Notes: generated from the letters alone by a model not told the origin. A stretch of DNA of 64,000 bases from the human T2T-CHM13v2.0 reference genome, Homo sapiens (GCF_009914755.1 NC_060930.1); one strand, 5' to 3'; counted from the stretch's first letter, positions 1 to 15,651 are shown. Program-made: numbers and translations.

Positions 1-32
1 AAGTGGTTAGGATTTTTACTCACTAAACATAA

Positions 33-425
<393 letters not shown>

Positions 426-494
426 TGACAAACACAACTTCTGCAATGCTTACCAGAGTAATTTTTCCAGAATTTTCCTAGGTGAAGAGAGAGC

Positions 495-685
495 GTAGCA
501 TCTGGAGCTTACGTTGCCAGAGTTTGAATTGAGGGCAAATCATTTTTCTTTTTGGTGCTTCAGAATTCTCAGTGGGAATGAACATGTTAGTACCAATTTT
601 ATAAGGTTGATGTAGAGTTAAGTGACTGAGTACATGTAAAGCTCTTGAAACAGTTTCTGGGTAAATAATGTTAGCTGCTATTAGT
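495..685 (+). mobile_element. MIR fragment
   Basis: MIR-like core and 3' end (acatgtaaagctcttgaaacagtttctgg...aatgttagctgctatt). Confidence 0.55.
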
Positions 686-744
686 TTATACGATCATTAA
701 TGTTGTAATACACATCTGAACACACCTACCAAAAGTTCTTCATT

Positions 745-1092
745 TCTGTGGTAACCTACCAAATAAAATTTAAACTGCTTATTCTGACTTGCTGGACTCA
801 TCATGACCTAACTCTGTTTACTTTTCCAGTTTCTTATCTGATCTCTGCTGTAAATACGATGTGTTTCAGCAATTTGATACCCTTAGCAGTTCCTCCAGAG
901 TGCTTTTACTGCTTGACTGTTTCTTCTCCCTGAAATGCTGTCCCCATCTCCACCGTATAGACTCCTACTTGTTGACCTGTTTGCTTTTTTGATTTTAAGC
1001 AAATGAGCTCTTTGAGGACAGAGATCTTATTAATGCTTATGTCTGACTCATAGTACACATTTAGTAAAAATTTGTTGAAAGCATAAATGAAC
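745..1092 (+). mobile_element. L2 3' fragment
   Basis: L2-like 3' end (gagctctttgaggacagaga...aaatttgttgaaagcataaatga). Confidence 0.55.
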
Positions 1093-1110
1093 ATTTAAAA
1101 AACGAGAAGA

Positions 1111-1392
1111 GACTGGGCACAGTACACTCCCAGCACTTTGGGAGGCTGAGGTAGGAAGATTGCTTAAGCCCAGGAGATCGAGACCAGCCTGAGCAACAAC
1201 GTAAGACTCCATCTCTACAAAAAACCTAAAAATATTAGCCAGGTATGGTGGTGTGCCCTGGTGGTTCCAGCTACTTGGGAAGCTGAGGTAGGCAGATCAC
1301 TTGAAGATCAGTTGAGCCCAGGAGGTCAAGGCTTCAGTGAGCTATGTTCACGCCTCTGCACTGCAGCCTGGGCGACAAAACGAGACCCTGTC
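1111..1392 (+). mobile_element. AluJ; tail displaced to about 1674-1684 by a nested Alu
   Basis: J-type diagnostics (aagattgcttaagcccagg, gtcaaggcttcagtgagctatg, gagaccctgtc). Confidence 0.9.
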
Positions 1393-1660
1393 TTTTTTTT
1401 TTTCTGAGACAGAGTCTCGTTCTGTTGCCCAAGCTGGAGTGCATGATCTCACCTCTCTGCAACCTCCGCCTCAGTACCAAGTAGCTGGGACCACAGGTGC
1501 TTGCCACCATGCCTGGCTAATTTTTTTTTTCTTTTTTTCTCTGAAGACGGGGTTTCACCATGTTGGCCAGACTGGTCTTGAACTCCTGACCTCAGGTTAT
1601 CCACCTGCCTTGGCCTCCCGAAGTGCTGGGATTACAGGCGTGAGCCACTGCACCCAGCCC
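1393..1660 (-). mobile_element. AluS, antisense, internally deleted, inserted into the AluJ 3' end
   Basis: Antisense Alu flanked by TSD agaccctgtctt (1383-1394 and 1662-1673). Confidence 0.93.
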
Positions 1661-1724
1661 AAGACCCTGTCTTCAAAACAAAACCTAGAAGAATCAAACC
1701 ACTGAAATCTGGAAAAATTAGTTA

Positions 1725-1870
1725 CTTGCTACACAAAGCCTTGCACCAGCAACTTCAGCATCACTTGGAAGCTTATGATGCTCAGAATCTTAGGCTCCAT
1801 CCCAGAGTCACCGAATCAGGATCTGCGTTTTTAAAAGATCCTCAAGTGATTCATAGGTGTGATAAAATTT
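1725..1870 (+). mobile_element. MER5-family hAT DNA transposon relic
   Basis: cagcatcacttggaagc...gaatcaggatctgcgttttt..aagatcctcaagtgattc resembles the MER5A/MER5A1 consensus. Confidence 0.7.
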
Positions 1871-2845
1871 AGTTGTAGTTCATTTATCTTTTCCCCAACA
1901 AACACAAGTTTTCATATATTCGAAGTCTTATTTTTGATGTTACTATAGATTAAAAGAATTTTGTAAATAAGCTTAGTGACAAGAAAAGTGAAACAAATTT
2001 AAAAATAGCAGTTAAACTGAATAATGATTTTGTTTCCTCCTAAGACAACAGTTAGCAGAAGTCATATGTACAGTTGTTTCTGAAGGTGAGATCATTTTTT
2101 AACTAGAGCTGCTCCATGGTGTATTTAAGAGTTTTATTTGATACCATCTCTGGTAATATTAGAGCCTTGAGAGCATGTCTCATATGAATATTTTTATTTT
2201 GCCTATAGATTGAATTTCATGAAATGTTGAGGTGGAAGTCTGTGGATTAGGACTGAGGGAATACCTTCTTTGGTTCTTTCTGATTTTTTGACAGGCTTCC
2301 CTAAGTTTGTCCTAGGCCTCACTCTACCTTAGTAGATACTGGCAATGTGCGCATTAGGAGAGAATAGAATTCAGTAAAATGTGAAAGGTTTTTAAAAAGT
2401 GTCATTGATAAATAAGATGAAAAGATTGGAAACCATCAAAGCTTTATTACTTAAAAGTTAACGTAGGCACTATGTTCAGCTCAAGTACCTTAAGAGGTAT
2501 GTCTTCGTGCTTACACATCAACATACAGAGGTTAATGTTGTTATATGGCACAACTTTTGTGTAGGAAATGTTTCAGTCACAGTATTAAAGTTTCTATTAA
2601 AATATTTCTAAAAATATGGGAAATGTGACATTTTAAATTAATGGGCCTGAAAAAAATAGCTTAAAGTTAAATGTTTTTATCGGATTATAAGAGTTCCAAG
2701 TTTCTTTCTAGATTATTTGAAATAGTTTACAAAATGCTATTTTAAACAGACTTTCAACCTGTTTCAAAACTCAAATATAGATGCCTGAGGGTTGAGAGAA
2801 AGAGAGTGTGTTACCACATGTTTATCATTGGAATGTAGAAACAAA

Positions 2846-3085
2846 TTCATACTCAATTCAGCAAATACTTATTGAATAATATATATATTTCAGATGCCTT
2901 GATAAAAATTGGTGACAGTAGGTAATTGAGAAAGATATTACGTTATTGACAGAACACAGTTCCTGCCTTCAAGGAGTTTACCTTTTAGTGAGAAACAACC
3001 AGTAAATTCTATTTCAATATAATGTATGAATTGCTGTAACAGATTGGGTACGTAAGATACAGCTAGAACATAGAGAAAGGATGCT
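2846..3085 (-). mobile_element. L2 fragment
   Basis: ttcagcaaatacttattga...cctgccttcaaggagttta is an antisense L2 3' end. Confidence 0.6.
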
Positions 3086-3119
3086 AGTTGCTAGATTTTC
3101 ATTAGAAGATGCATTTTTG

Positions 3120-3275
3120 TTTCAGCAAATTAACTTCCTAAGTCTCAATATCCTCATCTATAAAACTAGAAATAAAAAGTACCTGGAAGACTCATTTTGA
3201 GGGTCAAATGAAAATACATGTGCAGTGCTTAGTACAATACATAAAACAGACTGCATAATAAATGTTGACTGCTGC
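3120..3275 (+). mobile_element. MIR fragment
   Basis: aagtctcaatatcctcatctataaaa...gtgcttagtacaat...aataaatgttg. Confidence 0.65.
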
Positions 3276-3578
3276 TAATACTTAGTGGCCATTACTTAGG
3301 AAATCTTTCCTTCTGTCTTTGTGATTTCTGCTTCCCTTTCTTCTTTATTTATTTATTTTATTTTTAATATTCGTAGCCCTAGTCCATGGATTTGAAGGAA
3401 ACATTGCTAAAATCATGGAGGTAAAATTTAGGTTTCTTTGGACATTTCTTTTCTCCTATTGTCCCTTCCCTGCCCACCCAACATGAATAACCCTAGTCTC
3501 CTCTTTAACTTTTGAAAGTTTCCGGAACAGTAATGGTAGGGTCCTTTTACAGCATGATGTCACGTGTTACTCAAGACT

Positions 3579-3768
3579 TGTACTGTCCAGTATGGTAGCC
3601 TTTAGTCACCTATTGCTATTTAAATTTATAAAAAATTAAAAATTCAGTTCCTCAGTCACACCAGTCACACTTAAATGCTCAACAGCCACATTAGCTAGTG
3701 CCTACCAAATTGAGCGGCACAAGTACAGAACATTTCCAGGAGGTCCTATTTTATAGCGTTACTCTAGA
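3579..3768 (-). mobile_element. MER3 (hAT-Charlie) relic
   Basis: ctgtccagtatggtagcc...aaaattcagttcctcagtcaca...agaacatttcc matches the MER3 reverse complement. Confidence 0.8.
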
Positions 3769-5007
3769 AGAGCAATTGCTGATAACATAGGCTGTTTACC
3801 TTAATTAAAATTATATGATTCAGAATTCTCTGTCCCAAACTATATTTAAATTTTTTTTTTTTTTTAATTCTCACTTCTGGTTAGTTTCCATTAAGGAGTT
3901 ACCATGCTTCACAATGCTGATTCTTATTTTTATAAATATAAACTCTACATTGGTATTTCAATTTGTGTTTTAAGTCTTACTAAAATGTCTTGGGGTGTTT
4001 TTTTCAAATATAATTCAGTGAAGTTTTCAGACTCTTTTAAGTCACATCTTTAAAATGCTATTTCTGATTAAAGATAACGTAACATAATGTTGCGATAAAT
4101 ATGTATTCTGCTCTACAATAAATATATAGACTGCTTTACTCCCTTCTTTCTTCTTCAGTCTTTTATGTATTATATTTGCCTTTTCTGAGCAATTCAGCTT
4201 GCTTTTTCCAAATACAGTATTCAGTTAGGGTGTTTCATACACCAGCTGCCATTTACATCTATGTTATTACCTATGGCAGACACCTACACATGCTGACAGA
4301 CAATTTTAAGTCAGTCAGTCCATCCTTAAGGTTACCAAAAGACCAGAAAGATTATCTACTGACTGCTGCTGGGCAGATTTTACACTGAGTTTGAAGTGTT
4401 CAGTTATATATAACATTCTGGCTCAGTTCGTCAAGACCTCATCCATAATTCTTCCTGGAAGTGTCCTCATGTGCAACTGTCAGGATCTTTCCAGAGAGAC
4501 TTTTAAAAAAATTCTGTAACCCTAAAAATGATGTTTGCTACTTTTTGATTTGTTGCAATATAAACAGGTAATATTTACAGACAATATAAGTAAATACTGA
4601 GTTCCTTTTCATACTATGAACTACGTTATTGCTATGTTGACCTGTTGAGTTCACTGTATACTTTATGAAGCCATATTCTCAACAATATATCATGATATCA
4701 ATGATCTTTAGTAATTAGTCTTTTATTCTGAAAGATTGGGCACCAGATCAGAGTTGAAGAGAAAGTGAATAAGCCTTTAATGTTTTAACAATATCTTGGA
4801 GTTTGAAAACACCATAGAGATCACTGGCTGTATTTTTTAGAAAAGAAAAAATTTAAAAGAAATTGTGACTTATAGTCATGGGCCTACGTAGCAGTTTTCT
4901 TTTTTAATGTATACTTTATTCCATATAAGTTGGTATATAATGTTTACAATTTACACATCTCTATAGAAATGCAATGAACAAATTTGAATTCAGAGAGACT
5001 CAAAGAG

Positions 5008-6156
<1,149 letters not shown>

Positions 6157-6189
6157 TAAGAAAAGAATGCAGAAAAACTAGGAAGTATA

Positions 6190-6481
6190 GGCTGGGCGGG
6201 GTGGCTCACGCCTGTAATCCCAGCAGTTTGGGAGGCCGAGGCAGGTGGATCACCTAAGGTCAGGAGTTCGAGACCAGCCTGGCCATCATGATGAAACCCC
6301 ATTTCTACTACAGATACAAAAATTAGCTGGGCATGGTGGCGGGCGCCTTATAATCCCAGCTGCTCGGGAAAGTGAGGCAGAAGAATCGCTTGAACTCGGG
6401 AGTCGGAGGTTGTGGTGACCTGAGATCGCATCATTGCACTCCAGCCTGGGAAACAAGAGTAAGACTCAGTCTCAAAAAAAA

Positions 6482-6510
<29 letters not shown>
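6190..6510 (+). mobile_element. AluS (Sq-like)
   Basis: Full dimer with poly(A); TSD agaaaaactaggaagtata / agaaaaactggaaagtgta. Confidence 0.95.
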
Positions 6511-6513
<3 letters not shown>

Positions 6514-7250
6514 ACTGGAAAGTGTAATATTTAGTATTGTATTTTATTTTACTACCTGAAATACAAATAATTTAACCACTAATGGCATATTTTAATTACT
6601 TTTTCAGCAGTAGAATATAAAAAAGATATTTACTAACACTAGTTTCCAAATTCAGGTAATCATAGTGAGTTTTTTGCAAGAAAGAATCCCATGTTTTAGT
6701 CAGTATTACAGTACTATTTCAATACTTTTCTTAATATGAATATATAAGCCATTAAAATGGCAGATTATATGTTGTATACATTTTACCATATTTTTAAAAA
6801 TAATAAATACTAAGTCTTGTAAGAGCTTTTAATCCTTGAGAAGCCTTCTTTCTCTGTGTATTGTCCTGTCCTTTTTATTATTTCAGAAAAAGGTAATCAT
6901 AGTGATAGAAATCTTTAATGATGGCAGTTTATATGTATCTTTAGTTTGTGGCTTTTAAAATGAAAATTATTACAGCTGATATCTAATATACGTATCTACT
7001 AGGTACTGAATAGGGCACCCACGGGAAGTAAATTCCATACCTTAAATTAATCTCATGTTGTTAGTGTGATAAAATAGAACACTCAGTGTTGTTGGTCTGG
7101 GGGAAAGTGATGTTTTAGCTTCGCTTCTCAGCTGTCATAGTGGTGCCAGTAACTTATAGAGTAGAAAATGCTCTGGTTAACTCGCAGAATCTGGAATAAA
7201 GAGCTGCTATAGATCTTCGTGTGATGCTAGTAGCAGAAAAAAGATAGTTT

Positions 7251-7324
7251 TTGTTTTAAGGGCTTACATAAGGTAGTTGAGGACAAATTGTTTTAAGGGC
7301 TTACATAAGACAGTTGAGGACAAA
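7251..7324. repeat. 37-bp tandem duplication (2 copies, 2 mismatches)
   Basis: ttgttttaagggcttacataag(gt/ac)agttgaggacaaa x2. Confidence 0.97.
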
Positions 7325-8128
7325 GAATTCACTAAGGATAGCCCCAGTGCCTATGAATGGCTCTTGATGTATGATGGTTGCTCAGATATTTGTTTAATTA
7401 ATTTACAGGTATTCATTGGGATGCAATTTGATGATAATTAAATGCATAAATTGTGATAACTATTTGTCAAGCCAATTTTATACACTAGCATTTTGTTTGA
7501 GTGAGAGATTGGGTGGGGATGGAGATACCAGGAAATTCTGTAAGTGTTACCGCCTTCAAGGAACTTAGAAAGGTGGTGGGCGATGGGGAAGATACTAAAG
7601 AATGGTGTAAAAAATGCAAGGTTGAATATAGCCAAGTGCTTCAGTACTTGGTGAAGGTGCGAAATGCTCCATATGAAGAGAAAAGAATGCAGTAGTGACT
7701 AGATTTATGGCGGAAATGGGATTTGGGGTTGGCCTCGAAGGACTATCTTAAAGGCTGAGACAGGGTGAAAGGTATTTCCATGTAGGGATATTGATCAGTT
7801 AGGAGACAAACTAGAGCAAAGGTATAAAGCCTGAGAGTCAGCCCCTCGAAAGTTGAAGAAATGTGAGCTCCATCTGACTGGAGCTGGGAAATCCACTTTA
7901 GGAGAAAGTGACAGACTTATGTTATGGTTGGATTGATTAAGTGAGATGGGGTTATACAGAATCTTCAGCGTCAGAAGCAGAGTAGTTCATAGTTCACATA
8001 GACTTCGAGAGGAGGAGTCAGGGTACTTAGTATAGGTTCTCTAACCGAAAAATGAATTGATGTTTAAGGAGAGATTAATTTGGTAGTTTTGTGTATGGTG
8101 CGAAAATGGGGTTGGAGAGACTCATTAA

Positions 8129-8489
<361 letters not shown>

Positions 8490-8839
8490 TAGATTATTGC
8501 CTTTTGCCTTTTTTTTCCCTCTGTTTTCCCCCATGTCTTTCTTCATTGTCCCCATAGACCCTAATATTATAGTAGATTGTTTAGCTATCATAATAGATTC
8601 TAGACAATCAGCTGTTATTCAGTGAGTTTGTGATTTGGGGAATAATCTCTTTTTTAAAAAACACAAATTCTCACTTTAATAAGTGACTTTTGTAAACCAA
8701 GAGCTTTCCTTGTCAAATTTTCATTATAGGTTAATGATGAAATGGCAGGTAATTCACACTTTTGGACAGAGCGCACCGCCCCCGTGGAATCACCCTACAG
8801 AAGAGGCCAGCTATAAAGGATGTCTCACACCTTTAAGAT

Positions 8840-9026
8840 CAGTGTTTCTCAATGTGTGGACCATGGATACCTGTATTAGAATACCCAAAGGATTTGTTTA
8901 AAATTCAGGCTGAGCCCTTCCCAAGACCTAATAGAGCTAAAAGCTTTGGGAGTAGGTGGAGGAAACCTGCATCTTTACCCAGCAATCCAGGTAATTTATA
9001 TGCATACTACATTTTGAGACCCACTG
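8840..9026 (+). mobile_element. MER5A-type MITE
   Basis: Terminal inverted repeats cagtgtttctcaa ... ttgagacccactg; about 187 bp. Confidence 0.75.
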
Positions 9027-10443
9027 ATGAAAGAATTCTAATTTTCTATAGAGTTACTCTAGCAAGGAACCTTCTCATTTCTTATGTATTAGGTTATTTC
9101 TATATGGAACATTTCCCAGTAGACCATATTATTTATGGTATCTTATTAGGTGGAAGCCAAAAGAACGTTAAATAATCTGCTGGTGTTTTTGGGTTAGTTT
9201 TGCACTATTTCTCACAGTGCAAGCAATTCTTGTTACCTAGTAAAACGGTTCCCCCTTTGAAGGGTTGAATATTGTTCACATAGCACCCCAGCCTGTGGTG
9301 TATATGTTTAATCTGTCAAATCTCATTAAATTTTTCTTCTATAAGAATGCTAATGATACCAATTTCTAGAATTGAATGATTTCTACTCTGCCTGTTGGAC
9401 TGCAAATTTGAAATCCCCTATAATAATTAGACCCCTCCTTAGAGTATATTATAATGACCATCGAACCTGTATCTAAAAATTCTAGTAACTTAACCATCCA
9501 GTCTTAAAAAAAAAAAATTAAAACAGGAATTCCAAAACAATTTCAGAAGTTAGAATAGGTGAAGTTAGCCTATTTTAGATGTGTGCAGGGATGGCAGTGG
9601 GGGGGAAAGATGGATTACTAAGTATCATTTATTTCTTGCTGGGTAAAAATTCAAACACAAGACCTTATAGCTGCCTTTTTATTACACTTGGCTTCCTTTT
9701 AGCTTTATTGGGCTTTGGTTGGTACATATGTGAATAAACTTAGACTATTATTGTATTTGACTGACAAACACTTAAAAATGAGTTTGTTCATATTCATTTT
9801 AGGTGGAGTTAGAAATGGAACCTAAATTGTAAAATATAATACAGCATGCTGCTTTTCGTTCTGGTTTTATGGTAACATTGAAACTAAAATGTTTCTTTCT
9901 AATGTGTCCATCCTGACTGCCATCCTTAAACTAGAGCCTCTTGTCTGCTATCTGAAAAGAGCAACAGCAGGAAGGAAGCAATTGATTTATACACATTTGA
10001 ATTAGTCTGTAAAGCCCAAGGCCTGTGTTTGTTCAAGAAGAGACAGAGGCAGCAGTAATGCTCTGTGCATCAGGTGGATTAGTTGGAAATGTGCAAGCTA
10101 TCATCTTTCTAAGAAAAGCATTTTAACAAGGCAAATTTGTGCCTAGCTCTTTTTTTTCTGTATATCTGTTGTGTTGATTTTTAATTTGGATTGTTTTCCA
10201 CTGGCTTTAAAAATGCAAGTCTTTTTCAAAGAAAGGAGAAAGCATTTTGTAGCTAGTAGTATTTCAAGATTCCGTCATAATGTACATTGATTATACATCA
10301 AACTATATATAGTGTAGTTAGCTGGATGTAGACTGTGTAGCTTTGTAGTTTGCAACTTAGTTGTATATTTAAATGAGAAACAAGTGACTAACTGGATCCC
10401 ATCAAGGTGGGTGTTAAGTACAGCCTCAGCCATAAAAGACTTA

Positions 10444-10725
<282 letters not shown>

Positions 10726-11518
10726 GACCTAATCAATACGTTTCCAAGGAGAAAGCGGGATTTTGAAATTCCTACTAGCTGCCAAAAGACAAAATGTTCC
10801 TGACACAGCTTTACTACCAAGTGAAAAAATTAAAAAATTCATTAGCTATAGCAAAAATCAGTTTTCAGTTTTTCCGGTTACCGGTTTTCTGGAAATCATT
10901 TGATTTTCAAATCTGCTGTTAGATTGCATTGTGCTTTTATTGAAATAGAGCATCTGGAGACTCTGCTATAGATGCTCTGCTTCAGAAATGAAGATGTCTC
11001 CATTAAATTTGGTCATAGTAGCATGAAATCTTTTAGCTGAATATAAAACATTTTGACACCTTTAAAGGATAAACGCTCATACCTTCAGGACTGTCAATTC
11101 ATTTTATTAGTTATGTGGTATTAGATGCATCTCCCTTGGTGCATACTCTTAATTGTTAATTTAAAGTTCCTTGTAGTTTTAATTTTAAAGGACTTATTTG
11201 GAATGTTATTACATTTCTCTCATTTTGTAATCACCAACAGAATTTTGCCATTGCCAGATAATTTAACTAGTGCAGGAATTTGACTTTGTTATATACTCAT
11301 GAGGGGCAAATTCTTTACTGATCATTTGATGGTTAGCTTTGCCAGAAGATTAGGAGTATTACTATTTCAGTTTCCCAAGATGATAAGTCTTTGAAAGTGG
11401 ATAAGAGAATTGACTCAGTAAAGGTTACAGCCACAAAGACAGCAAAATTGTAAAATCATTCTCATTGCTGATAAAATTGAGTCTTTAAATGCATAGTTGC
11501 ATACATGCATGAATGCGT

Positions 11519-11520
<2 letters not shown>

Positions 11521-11562
<42 letters not shown>
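11521..11562. repeat. (AC)21 microsatellite
   Basis: Direct read. Confidence 0.98.
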
Positions 11563-11564
<2 letters not shown>

Positions 11565-13011
11565 TGGGAATGTAATCTGTAAAATGTGTTGCCAGTCTCA
11601 GAGGAAACTGTAAAATAAGTGGAGTTTTCGTTGTCCTGGCTTTCTTTTCTGCTTCTTTTTATTGATTTTTAAATTAGCCTACCCCAATATCTTCCAGGGA
11701 ATTTTTAAAAAGTTATCTTTCTCTCTTTCTTGAGGTTCCTCATATACTCTCACTCACACGCACATTTTCACGAGAGCGAAGTCTACCTTTAACTGAAATG
11801 AATGACTGCTGAATGGTCAGGAACTCCAAGTCCACATGGAATTCTTGCTCTTCGGTCCCAGACTCTCCCTTCTGTGTCCCCCTTAGGCAGGTGAGCATTC
11901 TGTAGTTTGTAGCCACAGCTCCACCTGGTTTGGGTTTTCTTCCTGTCATTGCCTTATTCCAGTTAATCATTACCTAGACTAGTTGCTAAGCTGAAAATTC
12001 ATGTTGTGGAATTTCATATTGGATAACATAGTTACTTTTCTTGTTTTTTAAACAATGCTTTCAAAAAATAAAGGAAAAAAACGAATCTCTTAATTATAGC
12101 ATTTTGGAGCCTTAACATTTGATCAGCATTTAAAAGCAGTGTTACATGTTTGAATTGTGGTGGTTCTTGAAACTGTTTTACTGCCTTCTTTGTCCTCATG
12201 GAGAATGTTGTCCTAAGCACAGAACTTGTCATTCGAGTATCTTGAGGATTTGTACAAATTGTTTATCCTGTGACATCAATTCTTTGTGCTAACTGGTTTC
12301 TGCCTTTGACAAGGCTTTTGAAATTTGTGCAACAAAAGCTTCCATGGGTGAACGACAATGTAGTTTTGTTCACTGCTAATTCCTGGAGTGGTTAACACTG
12401 TTTGGGGTGATACCTTGTTTAAAGCAGACAAGAAAATATGTGAGGATAGCTGTGGAAATAGAAAATATAAAAATTTTAACATTCTCACACTGAGTGACTT
12501 TTCATGTAAAGGTTTATTTCCTTTCAGAAATGCTGTCACTTTACTCAATTCAGTGATTTTTTATTTTTTCAAATTAATATTAGTTTGTTTTGACAAATGA
12601 GTTTATCAGATTGTTCATCTGACCAAAAATTTTAAAAGTTCGGTACTCTGTCCTATTCTTTTGTCGTGAACATCTCTCACGCTGATCTCCTAATACCTGT
12701 TTTCTTTCTACCATCTACAGCACAGTCGTTTTTCCTTTTTCTTCTTGTCATTCAAAATGGTGCTTATTTCACATTTTTGTCTGTTTTATTTTAAAATAAT
12801 ACATGTTTATCATAACTTATTCAACCAATAACAAAGGAGATGAAGTAAAAAATTCATAATTAGCCAGCCAGCCTAATTCTTCTTCTGCAGAGGCAACCAT
12901 TATTAGTTCCTCATGTGTTCTTCTAGATGCTTCCCAAGCATATAAGCTGCACATCATTTGTAATGCCTGCATAATATTCTGCTATTTGCTTAACCATAAT
13001 TTACTTAACCA

Positions 13012-13331
<320 letters not shown>

Positions 13332-13565
13332 CTAGTTAACCAATTTTCTCCTGAGAAACACGTTTCCTGTTTTTCTGTTGTACCCAGTATCTGCAGTTTC
13401 CCATGGTGCTCCAGTCCTCTACTGAGGAGCATTTCAGCTGTTTCCTGTTCTCTCTGTTCTACCCAGTCTTGACAGAGTTTGGAAGGATGTTTTTCTTTTC
13501 TTAGACATGTTATTTTAGAGCACTCTCAGGGATTCAGTAGTCACATGGAATTTCTTGATGTAATG

Positions 13566-13862
<297 letters not shown>

Positions 13863-14195
13863 TGATTTAATGTTTATAATTTTAAAACCCATGAATGTTT
13901 TCAGGGAATTAGAGTTAACTTTTAGAAAATTGCTTTTGTAGTGTCCTGTGTTATCCTTATGTGAGTAAAGCATTATCCTGTAGGCTGAGAGTAGAGAGTA
14001 CAAAACAGAGGCCAGGCCCTGATGGATTCACCATGAGGCTTCACTCTTTCTCTTCACCTTTCACTACTGAAAGCTGTTAGTATGTGTCTATTCACTATGT
14101 GATCCTAGGACATATTTTACTGATATGATTATTTGAGTAGGAGTTGTGTGGTGGCAATTGTGGGTTGTTTTTTTTGGCGGGGCCGGGGTAGGGGG

Positions 14196-14462
14196 TTGAG
14201 ACAGGGTCTGGAGTGCAGTGGCATGATCTCAGCTCACTGCAGCTTTGACTGCCTGAGCTCACGCAATTCTCTTGCCTCAGCCTCCTGAGTAGCTGGGACC
14301 ACAGAAAGGAACCACCATACCCAGCTGATTTTAAAAATTATTTGTAGAGGGGAGGTCCTGCTATATTGCCTGGGCTGGTCTCAAACTCCTGGGCCCAGGC
14401 GATCCTCCCACCTTGGCCTCCCAAATTGCTGAGATTACAGACATGAGCCACTATGCCTGGCC
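14196..14462 (-). mobile_element. AluJ, antisense
   Basis: Diverged dimer with J diagnostics (cactgcagctttgac, ctcctgggcccaggcgatcctccc). Confidence 0.9.
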
Positions 14463-14705
14463 CAGCAATTGCTTTAACAGTGGTTAATACGGATATTCCT
14501 TGAGCCAGAAGCATAATTTTCCCCATCTGATGCCCAAAATATGAAAGGAAAGAGAAGACATTTACAGGTCTGCAGAAGCAGGGCCCCACAAGGTGGCTAC
14601 AGATATTATTATGTGGGGCAGGGGTAGGGGAGGGAGGCAGTAGGGAGTTGTATGAAAAGTTTAGATCATTTTTTAGTAAAAACTCCATCTTTTAAGGGCG
14701 AATTA

Positions 14706-15105
<400 letters not shown>

Positions 15106-15640
15106 TCACCCTTGTATCCCCAGCAGTGCCTTGCATGTAGTACAGCAAATATGGGCTGATTAATTAATAAACAGAAATAGTGAGATGTGCCATACACATA
15201 TGCAAGTCCTAGTTATCAAAGTTAAATAAAAATGTCTTCATTTTTCCCAATTCATTACTCTTACTAAGCAATGAATAATTTCTTGAAAAGGAACTCTGTT
15301 ACATGTATTCTGGGCAAAAACTGGCTAACTCACTAGTTCACAGCTATTTTTATTATACTTTGTTAAAACAAACAAAATGGGCAAGATTAAGGATGCTGTA
15401 TTCTCCCGCTCTTGGAATGAAATTTGGTTTGAGTGTTCATCACTGAAAAGTATCATTTTAAATTCTTTTCTACTTCATTTTCTGCAGTGGAAAGTTACGG
15501 AAATACAGTTTGAAGGAAATAATTTCAGCCTACAATAATTAAAAATATTGCCATGGGTTTTTAAAAACTGATTTTCCTTTGAACTCTTGTACAGTATTTT
15601 GATGTGCATGACAAATAATGACATATATGGAGGCTGTCTT

Positions 15641-15651
15641 TGACGTCAGCA
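15641..15651. promoter_or_regulatory. Full CRE palindrome TGACGTCA with a GCA flank (half C-MARE)
   Basis: tgacgtcagca in repeat-free, CpG-poor DNA; motif only, no functional data. Confidence 0.35.

Noticed and set aside
10872-10889. ccggttaccgg mini-palindrome
   Set aside because: Too short to distinguish from chance, and the spacing does not fit a GRHL/TFCP2 dimer site.
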